Source: Heterodontus francisci
Lineage: Eukaryota
Direction: 5' to 3'
NCBI RefSeq assembly: GCF_036365525.1
Contig: NC_090404.1
Span: 12,366,550-12,430,549, forward strand
Length of the DNA stretch: 64,000 nucleotides
Position 1 is the first letter of the stretch; the number at the start of each line of letters is the position of its first letter. The notes beneath the pieces were generated by a model that was given only the letters and a program-made list of their open reading frames with translations, searched no databases and had not been told where the DNA came from. This document shows, one piece after another, positions 12,840 to 26,380 of the stretch. A program made the position numbers and the translations under genes.

Positions 12840-13820
12840 AGACCGTGCCTGTGTTATTACACTAACTTACATCCAATTCATACTGCAGTGGTCCTTGATT
12901 TTCTCATGAGGCAAAACATTTGCTATTATATCAATAGGCCTTGACTCGCATGCACTATTATATGAGACCCAAACTTTGGTTTTGGTGCACTTGATATTGA
13001 CTGTGCTATCATTACTCTGGATCCAGTAACGTGCAATACACTGCATCTTGGATCAGATAGTATTGGATGAAACATTGGCTTTGTTACACTCAAAGCAAGC
13101 CACGATTTGCTGTTATTACTCTGGACCCTGTTCTCCACTCTTATTGTATTAGACTTAGTCTGTAATTGTTACACCTAGATCCTGCCAGTGCTATTATCAG
13201 AAAATAACCTGCCTGTTATTCCAATTCCAGTGAACGCCTCCATTATTAATACTGGAAACATTGTCCCTGTTTGTTTTCAATAAGAAAATGTTTCTGCTAT
13301 TGTTAAAGTTGACCCTGCTTCTGTTAGTGTTACACGAGGACCAGTTTCAGGTATTATTGTACAAAGTATTGTTTGTAATTATTACTGCATAAAGACCTGT
13401 TGCTTCTAGTTTCACCTTAGGTCCTGTTTCTGTTATTACTGCACGAGCCCATATCTCTCTTTATGTCACACTAGGTCCTGTCCTTATTACTACTGCACTA
13501 GCCCTTATCTCAGCTTATGTCACACAAGGTCCTGTCCCTGTTATTACTGCACTAGCCCTTATATCTGTTTATATTACACTAGGTCCTGTCATTACACTAG
13601 GTCCTGTCTCAATTACTAGTGCACTAGACCATGTCTCTGTGTATATTACATTTCTTTCTCGATATATATTACACTAGGACTATCTCAGTTGTTATTTATG
13701 GCTTTAGCACAAGTCTCTGCTTATCGGAAGCTATACCATGTCTCAGTTATTACCGTACTAATTAATGCCTCTTTTGACATTAAACTACACCCTGCCTCGG
13801 TTGGTACTGCTCTGGACCAT
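12840..13820 (+). repeat. 27-bp satellite array
   Basis: ACTAGGTCCTGTC..TTATTACTGC units. Confidence 0.8.
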
Positions 13821-14715
13821 GCTGAGAAATATTAAAAGCATTTGGAGAGAAAATACTGGAAGCAGCTGTCAGCAAATAATACTGTGGAAACAGAAATAGT
13901 GCGAAATTTGCTGGAGAGCAGCAAGGGGAATAATAAGCTGGAGTATTACAGATGTATTAACCTCACGTCAGGTATAGGTACAGTTTCATTTTTACTATCA
14001 TTTGGACAATCATCAGACACTCGAGGATATATCAGGAGCTTCTGTGAGATGGTGATGTAATCACTTGACAATAAAGCACAGAGCTTGGTGGATAGTTGCT
14101 CATTGTTCTCGATGTGATTTAATCCTCTTTCTAACTGTATACTGGAATGGAAAGGCATGCTGTGGCAAAGGGATGCTCAGTGTGATATCACTTTGTGAAC
14201 CAGAGCACACAAGAGAATGGTCTATCGATAAACGTTGCAGTATTAATCAATCTGCAATTACAGTTTGAATAAAAGAAAATTAAATGCACAAAAAATCTCA
14301 TGAAATAGTTATTTATCTTTGTCGAACGACATTGTAAGCATTAAGAATGAATTATTTTATATATATAAGCACACACACAAGGCTGGATTTTGTATTCCCT
14401 CCACCAGTACCTGAGGTGGGCGGAAATATGGTGGCTGTCCCGACGGGACCCGCACTGCCGCGCTGCCATGATTACATCACGGCAGCCGCACCCACCCCAA
14501 CCACCCCAACACGTGGCGTGGGTGGGCACGGCGACGCCATGAACGGCGTCACCTGATACACAAGCAGGTGCTGACGCCATCTTTAAAAAGGCTGCCAGCC
14601 CTGCATTTACTCTCTGTGTTGTTTCAGCATTAGGTTCCTGAGGCTAAAAGACTGTGCTTTTCAAAGCATTACTTTAACTGCAAGGAGCACCACCCCCCCG
14701 GGCATCATTTCATCA

Positions 14716-15595
14716 ATGGCAGATGGACGGTCGAGGGTGGCCCCACGGTTCAGTAATGCCTCCCTGCTTATTCCCCTCCAGGTTGCAAGGGAACTGCGGG
14801 AGGTCCTTTTCCCCAGCGATGACAAGCAAAAGTCCTCCCGCCTGACCAAACAAGCCTGGATGGAGATTGCAGAAGAGGTGAGCAGTGGTGTAAGAGGGTA
14901 AATGACTTCCATCATTCAGTCAGGGTAAGTGGCACATTTCTAACCTGCTAGGTGTGATCTGGTTGTCCCCACATGGTATGCCACATGGGTGCCACTACCA
15001 TTTCGGAGTCATGGAGGTCAGAGAGGATTGATGGCATATGACTGGTTACATATGTGAATCAGTTCTCCCTCGTTAGTACCCCTGAACAAGTCAGACCCAA
15101 AACAGAGTGAGTCCCTATGTCAGGCCAAGCATCCCCCAGGTGTTGAAGAAACCAATGTGGGTACAACCATGATGTTGACGTTTCTCAATGTTCAATATCT
15201 CCATCATTGCTCCTTCAGGAGAAGAGGGCCCACAACAGCAGGCAATTGGCCAGGACTGGAGATCGGGTAATCGACCTCAGGCCGCTGTGACAGACAGAAG
15301 AAGAGGCGCTGGAGCTAGCCAGGAGACAGGGAGCACGTGCCATTTTGCATGTGGAGTTCGGGGTCCCAGTTGACGAGATTGATTCTTGTCAAACAGAATG
15401 AATCGAAATTTCATTTCAACTGCTGTCCTCATTACAACATGTGTACTATAACATCTAAGTGTCTGTTTTTCTAATTGTAACTTTCAGGGCGAAGCTCGTC
15501 AATGCCCCAAGGGACAGAGGGCATAAGAACCAGCTCTGAGGACAAGCAACACTTAGAGGATGCACCTTCCCATGACTCTCCTGCACCTTCCACCA
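14716..15595 (+). pseudogene. Harbinger Myb/SANT-like DNA-binding accessory gene remnant
   Basis: MADGRSRVAPRFSNASL...REVLFPSDD...TKQAWMEIAEEVSS; donor CAGG|GTAAGT near 14925; exon 2 EKRAHN after CTTCAG near 15220; truncated at a SINE. Confidence 0.75.
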
Positions 15596-15918
15596 GCACA
15601 GTGGCGCAGTGGTTAGCACCGCAGCCTCACAGCTCCAGCGACCGCGTTCAATTCTGGGTACTGCCTGTGTGGAGTTTGCAAGTTCTCCCTGCGTCTGCGT
15701 GGGTTTCCTCCCACAAGCCAAAGACTTGCAGGTTGATAGGTAAATTGGCCATTAGCAATTGCCCCTTGTATAGGTAGGTGGTAGGGAAATATAGGGACAG
15801 GTGGGGATGTGGTAGGAATATGGGGTTAGTGTAGGATTAGTATAAATGGGTGGTTGATGGTCGGCACAGACTCGGTGGGCCGAAGGGCCTGTTTCAGTGC
15901 TGTATCTCTAAACTAAAC
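15596..15918 (+). mobile_element. V-SINE (HE1-like) inserted in the Harbinger element
   Basis: Near-identical to 5636-5985. Confidence 0.9.
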
Positions 15919-15919
15919 A

Positions 15920-16620
15920 TTAAGGGGTAGCCCTTATCCCCAAAAAAACACCCCTGAAACTAAGCAGGAGAAGTGAATAGCAATGGCACCTGCGACAAGT
16001 GCAGTATGTACGAGTCATGGCAGCTGCCTGGGATGCGGCCACACACTTTAAGGAATAGCTTCCTGTGGTTGCACACGAGTTGGACATTGCGGAATGAAAG
16101 CCCTTTCTGCTTACGAAGGCAGCTGGTTGTTCCGCGGATGCCTTGTTGGCCACATATGTGCAGTGGATGACACCCTGCATCTGTGGGAATCTCGCAATGG
16201 CCCAAATTCCAATGGCCATCACGGCCTAACACTCAGGGTTTGTCCTGAAGTGCACATAGTTCCCTGCCCTCCTGCACAAAGCATCAATGGTCTCCTTTAT
16301 GCAACAGTGCACTGTAGATTGAGAGACCCCACATATGTTGCTGGTTTATCCCTGGAGTGATCCAAAGGCATAGAGGTTTTGGGCCACAGTAACTTTGATG
16401 GCCACAGGCATAGGGTAACCACCAAAGCCCATTGGTTTCAGTTCATAATTTAGCAGTGTACATAGCTGTGTGATGGCCTGTCTGGTCATCTGCAGTCGGC
16501 TCTGACACTGGTGCTCAGGCATCTGGAGGTATGTCATGCGATTCCTATAGATTTGCTGGCGTATTTGAACTACTCTGAGCCTTGGTGGCTGCTGTTGCTC
16601 GCGTCTGGGAGGTTCCTCAT
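15920..16620 (-). pseudogene. Harbinger DDE transposase (HARBI1-like) remnant
   Basis: Frameshifted motifs YRNRMTYLQM..QC..RL, PVAIKVTVAQNLYAFGSLQG, FPQMQGVIHCTYVA, RKGFHS.NVQLVCNH, PGSCHDSYIL, GDKGYPL; C-terminus missing. Confidence 0.88.
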
Positions 16621-18519
16621 GGGCCGTATCTCCCTCTAGTGCCCTCCTCTGACAGAGATTCCTCATCACAGCAAGGGGATCCAGGAACATGGGGTGGATC
16701 ATACCTATCTCTATCCTCTTAATAACTAAGGGTTCCTTCAAAAGGTCACTCTCACATATCTGGGCAGAGAATTGTGTTAATGCCTTCTTCAGCAGTGTTC
16801 CAGCATGAGTTGTTGTTATTGAATGACGCTTCGTGATCAAACTGCAGATATGTGTGAGCCAATCAACTCATTTGCCTGCACTGGACCACCGACAACAGCA
16901 ACCTATACAGTTTCCCAGTTGCTCCGCCCCAAAGCAGTTTACCCAAATTCAGAATGGACCCTTACCCCTTCGTCGACGGGCAAATGCAGGGTAGACCCCT
17001 AACCCCTCCCCTTACCAACAGTCAAATGCAGAGTGGACCTCTTCCCCGTCCCTTTGCCATCAGAGTAGACCCCATCCTCCTCCCCTTGCCGATACACGTA
17101 AAACGGATGCAAAGTTCCAAACCCCCTCATTTCTGGCGAGTTCACTTCATTGTAAATGTCCGAGTTCACTACAGAAAAGAATACGAGCAGGGCGTTACTT
17201 ATGAACATTAGCAGGCACCGAGGACTCTTGCCTCAGTGGCGCCCGCTTTCCAAAGACGGGAAGGTGAAGTGAGTTCCGCATGTCAAATTCAAGATTGGAA
17301 ACGGCTGGTAGGATCGCGGGGAATTCCACTTTAATGAATACAGAAAGGTAACTTAAATATGGTAACTCATGTGTCCCATCGCAGAACATGGATGGGCTGC
17401 CATGGAGTTTCCCTGCCACCAGGAAGAAAGGGTCTGGCAATCCATGCGTCGAGTTCCATGGTGGACGCTGCTACTCCTGTTCTCTGGCTCACCCAGCCAC
17501 GCAACTCGACGTTGGGCTGAGAAAAAAAAACAGCCCACACACACACTCGTATATATAGCACTTTGTGTGTTTTCATTTCAGTTTTTCCTATTATCCTGAT
17601 GTGTTATTAATGTTGGATATTGGGGCTCTGCAGCAGTCCATCATCCGGTACTGTGAGGCTTTGTTTAACACAATCACCAGGTCATGTGAAAGCGAAAATG
17701 AAAATCGTGCAGGGAACAAATATAATCTTTAACATTAAAAATTGTGAGTAATTGTCACAGTACAACACAAGTGTGAATTAATAAACTTTAACACAACAGG
17801 GAGTTTGTCGCTAAGTAATGTAAAGTGCAGTGCACCTTTAGTCTTCACTCTCAATCCAAGTTCATCTCTCAGAGACTGTTACATTACTGCAACTGAGGCC
17901 TACCACTGTTTTGTAAAGGGTTAGCATAACCATTTTTCTACTTGAATAAGCTATGGTCTAGTGCAATGAGAACTGAGACAAGGCCTAATGTGATAGAACA
18001 TATACATAGCCCTGTAGTGCACATTATATTACATTACACTCGGCCCTCTTTACATTACACTAAACTTTAACAAATCAAGGTTTGTTATTAAGCAGTGTAA
18101 AGTGCTATTGCTATTGCTCACCTTTAGTGCTGTATTTCAAACGCAGTCTATCGCTGGGAGACTGTTCCAACATCACCCCATCCTTTCAACACAAGTGTTG
18201 CTCACATAATAGCAGAGCAATGATAAACTGCACACAGCTATTATTAACAAGACTAAACATTTTCTTCCATGCACAAATTGGTTACATCTTCCCAAACACA
18301 CAAATATATGAGGTAGAAATTGATACTACACAGAACGGGCAGTACTTGTGTGACCGCACGGTATAGACAGGACCTGATATTTAATTCTGTTGACTGCAAT
18401 GAATATGAATATCAGGAGCTGCGTAGAACGGGCGGCCCATTAGCAAGGGCATGTTTTGGGCGATCGCCTGTGACAAATTTACAGCTTAACATCTTTACTT
18501 ACAATAATATTCCTTCATC

Positions 18520-19500
18520 TCATAGAGACACAGCCCCGTTCAGTGATAACCGAGAAAGGGTCTAATGTAATACAAAGAGAGGCATAGTCTAGTTTAATAT
18601 TATAATATAGAGGCAGGGTCTAGTTTAACATGACCAAAGAAAGGGTCTAACGCAATTTTAACAGAGAAAGAGAGAGAGGGGTGGGGTGGGGTTGGGGGGG
18701 TGGGGGAGGTGGCGAGTTTAATATAACCAGAAACATGTTTCAGTGAAGTAACAACAGGGACATAGTCTAGTGTAATATAAATAGAAAAAGAGCCGAGTGT
18801 AATACAAACAGAGACAGGGTCTAATGGAATGCAACCCGAGAGAGGGTCTGGTATAATATAAATAGAGTCAGGGCCAAGTATAATATAAACAAAGATGGGG
18901 TCTAGCACAATATTAAAGGAGAGAGAGAGCGTAGTTTACTATAAACAGAAACAGGTTTCACTGGAATAATAACAGGGACATGGTCTAGTGTAATATAAAA
19001 ACAGAAGGAGCCTAGTGTAATAAAAGCAGAGACAGGACATGATGTCATATAAACAGGCAGGGAGCAGTGTAATGTAAAAACAGAGAAGGCCTCGTGTAAT
19101 ATAAACAGAAACAACGTCCAGTGTAATATAAAAACAGACAAGACCTAAAGATAAAAAAACAGAGGCAGATCCTAATCCAGTAATGACTAATAGAAGGAAT
19201 GAATTAATACCAACTGAGACATGGACCAGTGCAACAAAAGCTGAGAAAGAGCGTAATACAATGTAAACAGAGACATGGTCTAGTCCAGCAGTAACAGAGA
19301 TTTTACCTAGTATAATATAAATCGAGGTAATGTCCAGTACAGTAAAAGTGTGCTAAAATAACTGAGAGGGATTGGTGCAATACGGGCAGAGTCCATCTCT
19401 GTCGTACTATAAACAGGGACAAGGTCTGGTGCAGTCATAACTGAGGCATGGCCTTTTGCACAAATTATTGATACAGGACCTACAGAAGACCTATCAACTG
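18520..19500 (-). repeat. 27-bp satellite array
   Basis: TAAACAGAGACAGGGTCTAGTGTAATA units. Confidence 0.85.
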
Positions 19501-19504
19501 AGAC

Positions 19505-20300
19505 TTTTTTGATTCGCTCGGAGGATGTGGCGTTGCAGGCTAGGCCAGCATTTATTGCGCCTCCCTAATTGCCCTTGAGAAGGTGGTGGTGAGCTGCCTT
19601 CTTGAACTGCTGCACTCTATTTGGGGTAGGTAAACCCACAGTGCTGTTAGGAAGGGAGTTCCAATATTTTGACCCAGCGACAGTGAATGAACGGCGATAT
19701 AGTTCCAAGTCAGGATGGTGTGTGGCTTGGAGGTGGTGTTCACATGCAACTACTCCCTTGCCCTTTTAGGTGGTAGATTTTGCGGGCTGGGGAGGTGATG
19801 CTGAATGAGCCTTGGTGAGTTGTTACAGTGCACCTTGTAGATGGTACACACTGCTGCAACTTGTGCGTCGGTAGTGGAGGGAGATAATGGTGAAGGTGGT
19901 AGATGGGGTGACAATCAAGTGGACTACTTTGTCCTGCATGGTGTCGAGCTTCTTGAGTGTTGTTGGATCCAGGCAAGTGGATAGTATTCTGCTAACTTGT
20001 GCCTTGTAGATGGTGGATAGGCATTGGGGAGACAGGAGGTGAGTTACTCTCCGCAGAATTCCCAGCCTCTGACCTGCTCTTGTAGTCATAACATTTATAT
20101 GGCGGCTACAGTTCATTTTCCGGTCTAGGGTGACACCCAGGAGGTTGATAGTGGGGGATTCAGGGGTGGTAATGCCATTGAACGTCAAGGGGAGATGGTT
20201 GAATTCTCTCTCGTTTGAGATGGTCATTGCCTGGCACTAGTGTGGCACGAATGTTACATGCCACATGAGAGCCCAAGCCTGGATGTTGTCCAGGTCTTGT
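19505..20300 (-). mobile_element. LINE family B 3' fragment
   Basis: MTISNEREFNHLPLTFNG...GQRLGILRRVTHLL on the minus strand. Confidence 0.88.
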
Positions 20301-22360
20301 TGACTGGGTCTAATTCAGTAGTTACTGAGAGATTGCCTCGTGCAATAAAAAAGTCTGACTGGGTCTGGTGGAGTGATAACAAACATAGTTTGTGTAGTAT
20401 AAACGGATACAGGGGAAGTGCAATGTAAACTGAGACAAGGCCTAGTGTAATATAATCAGAGACAGGGTCAAATGTAACATAAACAAAGACAGGGTCCAGC
20501 GCAATATTAAAGGAAGGAAAGCGCCTAGGTCAATATAAACAGAAACATGTTTCAATGGAATAACAACGGGCACATGGTCCAGTGTAATATCAACAGAGAA
20601 AGAGCGAAGTGTAATATAAGCAGGTACAGGGTCAAGTATAATATGAACATAGAGAAAGCCTAGAGTAATATAAACAAAGATAGGGTCTAGTATAATATTA
20701 ACGGACAGAAAAGGCCTAGTTTAATTTAACACAGACATGTTTCAGTGGAATAATAATAGAGACATGATCCAGTGTAATTTAAACATAGGAGGAGCCTAGT
20801 GTAATAAAAGCAAAGACAGGGCATAGTGTAATATAAAAAAGACAATGCTTAGTGTCTTTTAAACAGATACAGGGGCTAATGTAATATAAACAGAGTGATG
20901 GCATGGTGTAATATAAAAACAGACAAGACCTAGTGCCATATAAACAGATACAGGGTCGAGTGCAGTATAAACAGAGACAGAGTCTAGTGCAATATATACA
21001 AAAACAGGGTCGAGTGCAATATTAATGGAGAGACATGGCCTAGTATAATAGAGGCAGAGACAGGGCCTAGTGTAATATAAAGAGACAGAGTCTCGTGTAA
21101 TATAAAAACTGACAGGGTCCAGTGTAATATAAACAGAAACAAGGTTAGTGTAAAAAAAGAGAGAAAGAGCATAGTTTAATAAAAATAGAGACATGGCCTA
21201 ATGAAATATAAACAAACAGGGACCAGTGCAATACAAACAGCGACAGGGTCTCGTGTAATAAAAAGGAGAAAGGGTCGAGTGCAAGATTAACAGAGACAGG
21301 GTCGACTATAATAGAAACAGAGACAGGGTGTAGTGTAACATAAAAAAATAAAGGCTCTAGCGCAATATTAACAGAGAGTGCACCGGGTAACATAAAGAGA
21401 AACATATTCCAATGGACTAACAACAGGGATATGGTCTAGTGTAATATAAGCAAAGAAAGAGCCCAGTGTAATTTAAACAGAGACCGGGTCTAGGTGTAAT
21501 ATAATCAAATACAGGTTCTAGCGCAACATTAACGGAGAGAGGGTCTTGTTTAACATAAACAGCGACATGATTCAGATGTGCAATTTAAGCAGAGAAAGAG
21601 TTAGTGTAATATAAACAGGCATTGTCTAGTGTAATACAAACAGAAAGACGGTTCAGGTGTAATATAGAGGGTGAAAGAGCTTAGTGTAATATAAATGAAG
21701 ACAGTGACGAATGGAATACAAAACGAGACAGCGTCTAGTGCAGTATAAACAGAGACAAGGCCTAGCTTAATATAAACAGAGGCATGGAATAGTGTAATAC
21801 AGGGATATCGTCCAGTTTAATATAAGCCGAGAAATGGAATGGTCCAGCATTAAAAGAGACCAGATTTAATGTATTATAAACAGATACAGAACGGAGTATA
21901 AACAGATGCAGGGTTTTGTGTAGAAATAATTGAGAAGCTGCCGAATTTAATATAAGCAGAGACATGGTCCTGTGTGGTAACAGCTGAGATGGGGCCTTGT
22001 ACTGAAATAACTGAGACAGGAATTGGTGCACAACGGTCAGAAACAGGCTCTGTTCCAGTCTAAACGGAGACAGGGTCTGGTGTGCAATACTGAGAGAGGG
22101 CTGATTGCACCAATTATTGATACAGGGCCGACAATATCATAAGCCAACACTGGGTCGAGTTCAGTCCTTAATGAGACAGGACTTAGTGCAGAAAAGACTG
22201 AGATTCGGTCGAGTGCACTAATGACAGACATGGCCTAGTGTAATTTAAACAGATACATGCTCTTGTGTAATATTAAGTGAGTCCAGTGCAGTAATAATTG
22301 AGACAGAGACTTGTGTAATCGGAACAAGGGCAGGTATAGTGTAGTAATAAGTGAGACAGG
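20300..22360 (-). repeat. 27-bp satellite array (about 2 kb)
   Basis: For example 20941 TAAACAGATACAGGGTCGAGTGCAGTA / TAAACAGAGACAGAGTCTAGTGCAATA. Confidence 0.9.
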
Positions 22361-22364
22361 ATCA

Positions 22365-23745
22365 AGATGTTCACTAAATATTGCACAATGCTCAGCACCA
22401 TTCGTGACTCCTCAGATACTGGAGCAGTCCATATAGAAATGCAGAAAGATCTGGACAATATCCAGGCTTGGGCTGATAAGTGGCAAGTAACATTCGCGCC
22501 ACACAAGTGCCAGGCAATGACCATCTCCAACAAGACAGAATCTAACCATCTCCCCTTGACATTCAATGGCATTACCATCGCTGAATCCCCCACTATCAAC
22601 ATCCTAGGGACTACCATTGATCAGAAACTGAACTGGAGTAGCCATATAAATACCGTGGCAACAAAAGCAGGACAGAGGCTAGGAATCCTGAGGCGAGTAA
22701 TTCACCTCCTGACTCCACAAAGCCTGTCCACCGTCTACAAGGATGTGTGCAGCTCCAACAACACTCAAGAAGTTCGACACCATCCAGGACAAAGTAGCCC
22801 ACTTGATTGGCACCCCATCTACAAATATTTACTCCCTCCACCACCGATGCACAGTGGCAGCAGTGTGTACCATCTACAAGATGCACTGCAGCAATGCACC
22901 AAGGCTCCTTAGACAGCACCTTCCAAACCCGCGACCTGTACCAACTAGAAGGACAAGGGCAGCAAATGCATGGGAACACCACCACCTGCAAGTTCTCCTC
23001 CAAGTCACACACCATCCTGACTTGGAATGATATCGCTGTTCCTTCACTGTCGCTGGGTCAAAATCCTGGAACTCCCTTCCTAACAGCGCTGTAGGCATAC
23101 TTACCCCAAATGGACTGCAACGGTTCAAGAATGCAGCTCACCACCACCCTCTCAAGGGCAATTAGGGATGAGCAATAAATGCTGGCCTAGCCAGCAGTGC
23201 TCACATCCCATGAATGAATACAAAAAAAGTCAGGAGTGTGATGGAATACTCCCCACTTGCCTGGATGGGTGCAGCTCCAACACACTCAAGAAGCTCGACA
23301 CTATCCAGGACAAAGCAGCTTGCTTGATTGGCACCTCATTCACAAACATTCACTCGCTCCACCACCGACGCACAGTGGCAGCAGTGTGTACCATCTACAA
23401 AATGAACAGCAGCAACGCACCAATGCTCCTTGGCCATCACCTTCCAAACCCGCGACCTCTACCAACTAGAAGGACAAGGGCAGCAAATGCATGGGAGCAC
23501 CGCCACCTGCAAGTTCCCCTCCAAGTCACACACTATCCTAACTTGGAACTATATCACCGTTCCTTCACTGTCGCTGGCTCAAACGCCTGGAACTCCCTTC
23601 CTCACAGTACTGTGGGTATACCTACCTCACATGGACTGTCGCTGTTCAAGAAATCAGCTCATCACCACCTTCTCAAGGGCAATTAGGGATGGGCAATAAA
23701 TGCTGGCCTAGCCAGAGACGCCCACATCCCATGAATGAAAAAAGG
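22365..23745 (+). mobile_element. LINE family B 3' fragment with a tandem second 3' end (22365-23225, 23228-23745)
   Basis: Two consecutive copies of KKLDTIQDK...HHHLLKGN and the GGGATGGGCAATAAATGCTGG tail. Confidence 0.88.
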
Positions 23746-23759
23746 AGAAAGAAATGTAT

Positions 23760-24350
23760 AAGAAAAACTGAGACAAGGCCCAGTGCAGTTTTAGCTGATG
23801 CAGGACATACTGAGCCAGACCATAGTCCAGTACTGACTGATACAGGACCTCGATTTTTATGAACTGAGACGTGGGCAAGTGCAGCATTAGGTGAGACAGG
23901 CTTCCATGTCGTAGTAACAGAGAGATTGTTCAGTACAGTAATAACAGACAAGGGATTGTATGATATAGAAAGAAATATGGTCTAGTGGAGTAATAACTGA
24001 GCCAGGGCGTTGTGTAATATAAACAAACACATGGTCTAGTGCAGTAATGACCTAGACAGGGCATTGTGTGATATAAGCAGAAACATGGTCCAGTATATTA
24101 ACACCTGAGATTGGACCAGTGCAGATATAACTGAGGCATGGACTGCTTTAATATGATCAAAGACAATGTTGGTTGCAATTCAAATAGGAAAATGACCGAG
24201 TGTAATATAAACAGAGACAGCATCTAGTGAAATATAGAGTAAAACAGGGTCTAGCATAATATACACAGAGACAGGGTGTAGTGTAACTAAAAACAGAGAC
24301 GGGCTCTAGAGCAGTCATAACTGAGGCAGCGCATTTTTTATGCAATGTTA
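23760..24350 (-). repeat. 27-bp satellite array
   Basis: Continuation of 20300-22360 after the LINE insertion. Confidence 0.8.
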
Positions 24351-24709
24351 TGTAATGGAAACAACTGTACTTTCACTGACACCTGGTGGCTATGTTTGCC
24401 ATTGTTCCTACTTTAAAAATGTCGATGTCAGTTGCTGTTCCTGATTTTAATCTATCTAAAAACAACTTGCATTGATGTACCAGCTCATCACCTTCTCTGC
24501 GAGGTCCCAAAAATTGAGGTGCAATTAATTCCAGATAAACGTGGACGATTTGTGCACAGAGGCACAGTAATAGAGCAAAGTGACTGAACTCCTGCTGATG
24601 TATTTTTGTTGATCTTGGTTGAAGAGGTTCCGGCACTTGTGGCAGAACTTGCTTCAAGGATTGGTCTTTACACCTGACAGTAACACTGCACCAAGAGTAG
24701 ACACCCACC

Positions 24710-26380
24710 TAAATATCCCCATCCATAACGATGTAGGAGCCCAGAACATTAGACTAGGCTGAAGCAATTGCATCCATCTTCAGCTCGAAGTGCCGAGTGG
24801 ATGATCCATCTTGGCCTCCTCCTGAGGTTCTGAGAATCACAGATGGCAGTCTTCAAACAATCCAATTAACTCCACGCGATATCAACATACGGCTGAAGGC
24901 AATGGCTACTGCAAAGGCTATGGATCCTGACAACCTTCGGCAATAGTACTAACGACGTGTCATCCAGAACTAGCCGTACCCCTAGCCAAGCTATTCCAGC
25001 TACCACACTGACATCTACCCAGCAATGTGGAAAAATACCCAGGAATGTCCTGTCCACAATAGTAGGAGAAATACAACAGAGCCAATTACCAACCTATCTG
25101 CCTGTCTCGATCACCGGCAAAGTGATGGAAGGGGTCATTGACAGTGCCATAAAGTGGCACTTTCTCAGCAATAACCTGCTTAGTGACGCTCAGTTTGGGT
25201 TCCACAAAGGCTACTCAGCTCCTGACCTCATTACAGCCTTGGTCCAAACATGACAGAAGAGCTGAACTCAACAGGTTTAAGTGAGAATGACTGCCCTTGA
25301 CATCAAGGCAGCATTTGACGAGTATGACATCAAGGAGCCAAAGCAAAACTTGAGTCAATGGGAATCAGGGGGAAAACTCTCCGTTGGTTGGAGTCATACC
25401 TAGCAAAAAGGAAAATGGTTGTGGTTGTTGAAGGTCAATCATCTCCGCCCCGGGACATAACTGCTTGAGATCCTCAGGGAGTGAGCTAGGCCCAACCATC
25501 TTCAGCTGCTTCATCAAAGACCGTCCCTCCATTACAAGGTCAGAAGTGTGGATGTTCGTTGATGATTGCACAATGTTCAGCACCATTCACAACTCCTCAA
25601 ATACTGAAGTAGATCATGTCCAGATGCAAAAAGACCTGAACAACATCCAGGCTTGGGCTGATAAGTGGCAAGTAACATTCCCGCCATACTAGTGCCAGAC
25701 AACGACAATCTCAAACAAGAGAACGTCGCTCAATCCCCCACTATCAACATCCTGGGGGTTACACTGACCATAAACTGAACTGTTCCAGCCACATAAGTGC
25801 TGTGGCTACAAGAGCAGGTCAGAGGCTAGGAATCATGCGGCAAGTAACTCAGCTCCTGTCTCCCCATACCTGTCCACCATCTACAAGGCACAAGTCAGAG
25901 GTGTGATGGAATACTGTCCACTTGCCTGCATGGGTGCAGCTCCAACAGCACTCAAGAAGGTCAACACCATCCAGGACAAAGAAGCCCACTTGATTGGCAC
26001 CCCAACCACAAACATTCACTCACTCCACCACTGGCGCACAGTGGCAGCAATGTGTACCATCTACAAGATGCACTGCAGCAACTCACCAAGGCTCCTTCGA
26101 CAGCATATGGCCAACCCGCAACCTCTACCACCTAGAAGGGCAAGGGCAACAGTTGCATGGGAACACCACCGCCGGCAGGTTCCCCTCCTAGCCATACACC
26201 ATCTTGACTTGGAACTATATCGCTGTTCCTTCACTGTTGCTTGGTCAAGATTCTGGAACTCCCTTCCTGCAGCCCTTCAGGGAGGCAGCTCATCACCAAC
26301 CTTACCAAGTGCAATTGGGATGGGCTATAAATGCTGTTCTAGGCAGCGACGACCACATCCCATGAACAAATAAATGAATT
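24710..26380 (+). mobile_element. LINE family B, RT plus 3' end, degenerate
   Basis: Colinear with 7660-9430. Confidence 0.87.

Larger units (their letters stand above)
14380..17536. mobile_element. PIF/Harbinger DNA transposon, internally deleted
   Basis: Convergent Myb/SANT-like and HARBI1-like gene remnants; imperfect TIRs (AGGCTGGATTTT ... AAAAAACAGCCC); inserted in a (CA)n tract with a possible 3-bp TSD ACA. Confidence 0.85.

Noticed and set aside
15920-16840. Domesticated HARBI1 gene or RAG-like/Transib transposase near the Ig locus
   Set aside because: Frameshifted, first catalytic Asp altered (IHCT), truncated, bounded by TIRs; motifs are Harbinger, not Transib/RAG
18600-22231. Many ORFs with 9-aa ITLDPVSVY-type repeats; superficial CRISPR-like periodicity
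   Set aside because: Translation artefacts of a 27-bp (multiple-of-3) satellite; no unique spacers, no cas genes, vertebrate DNA
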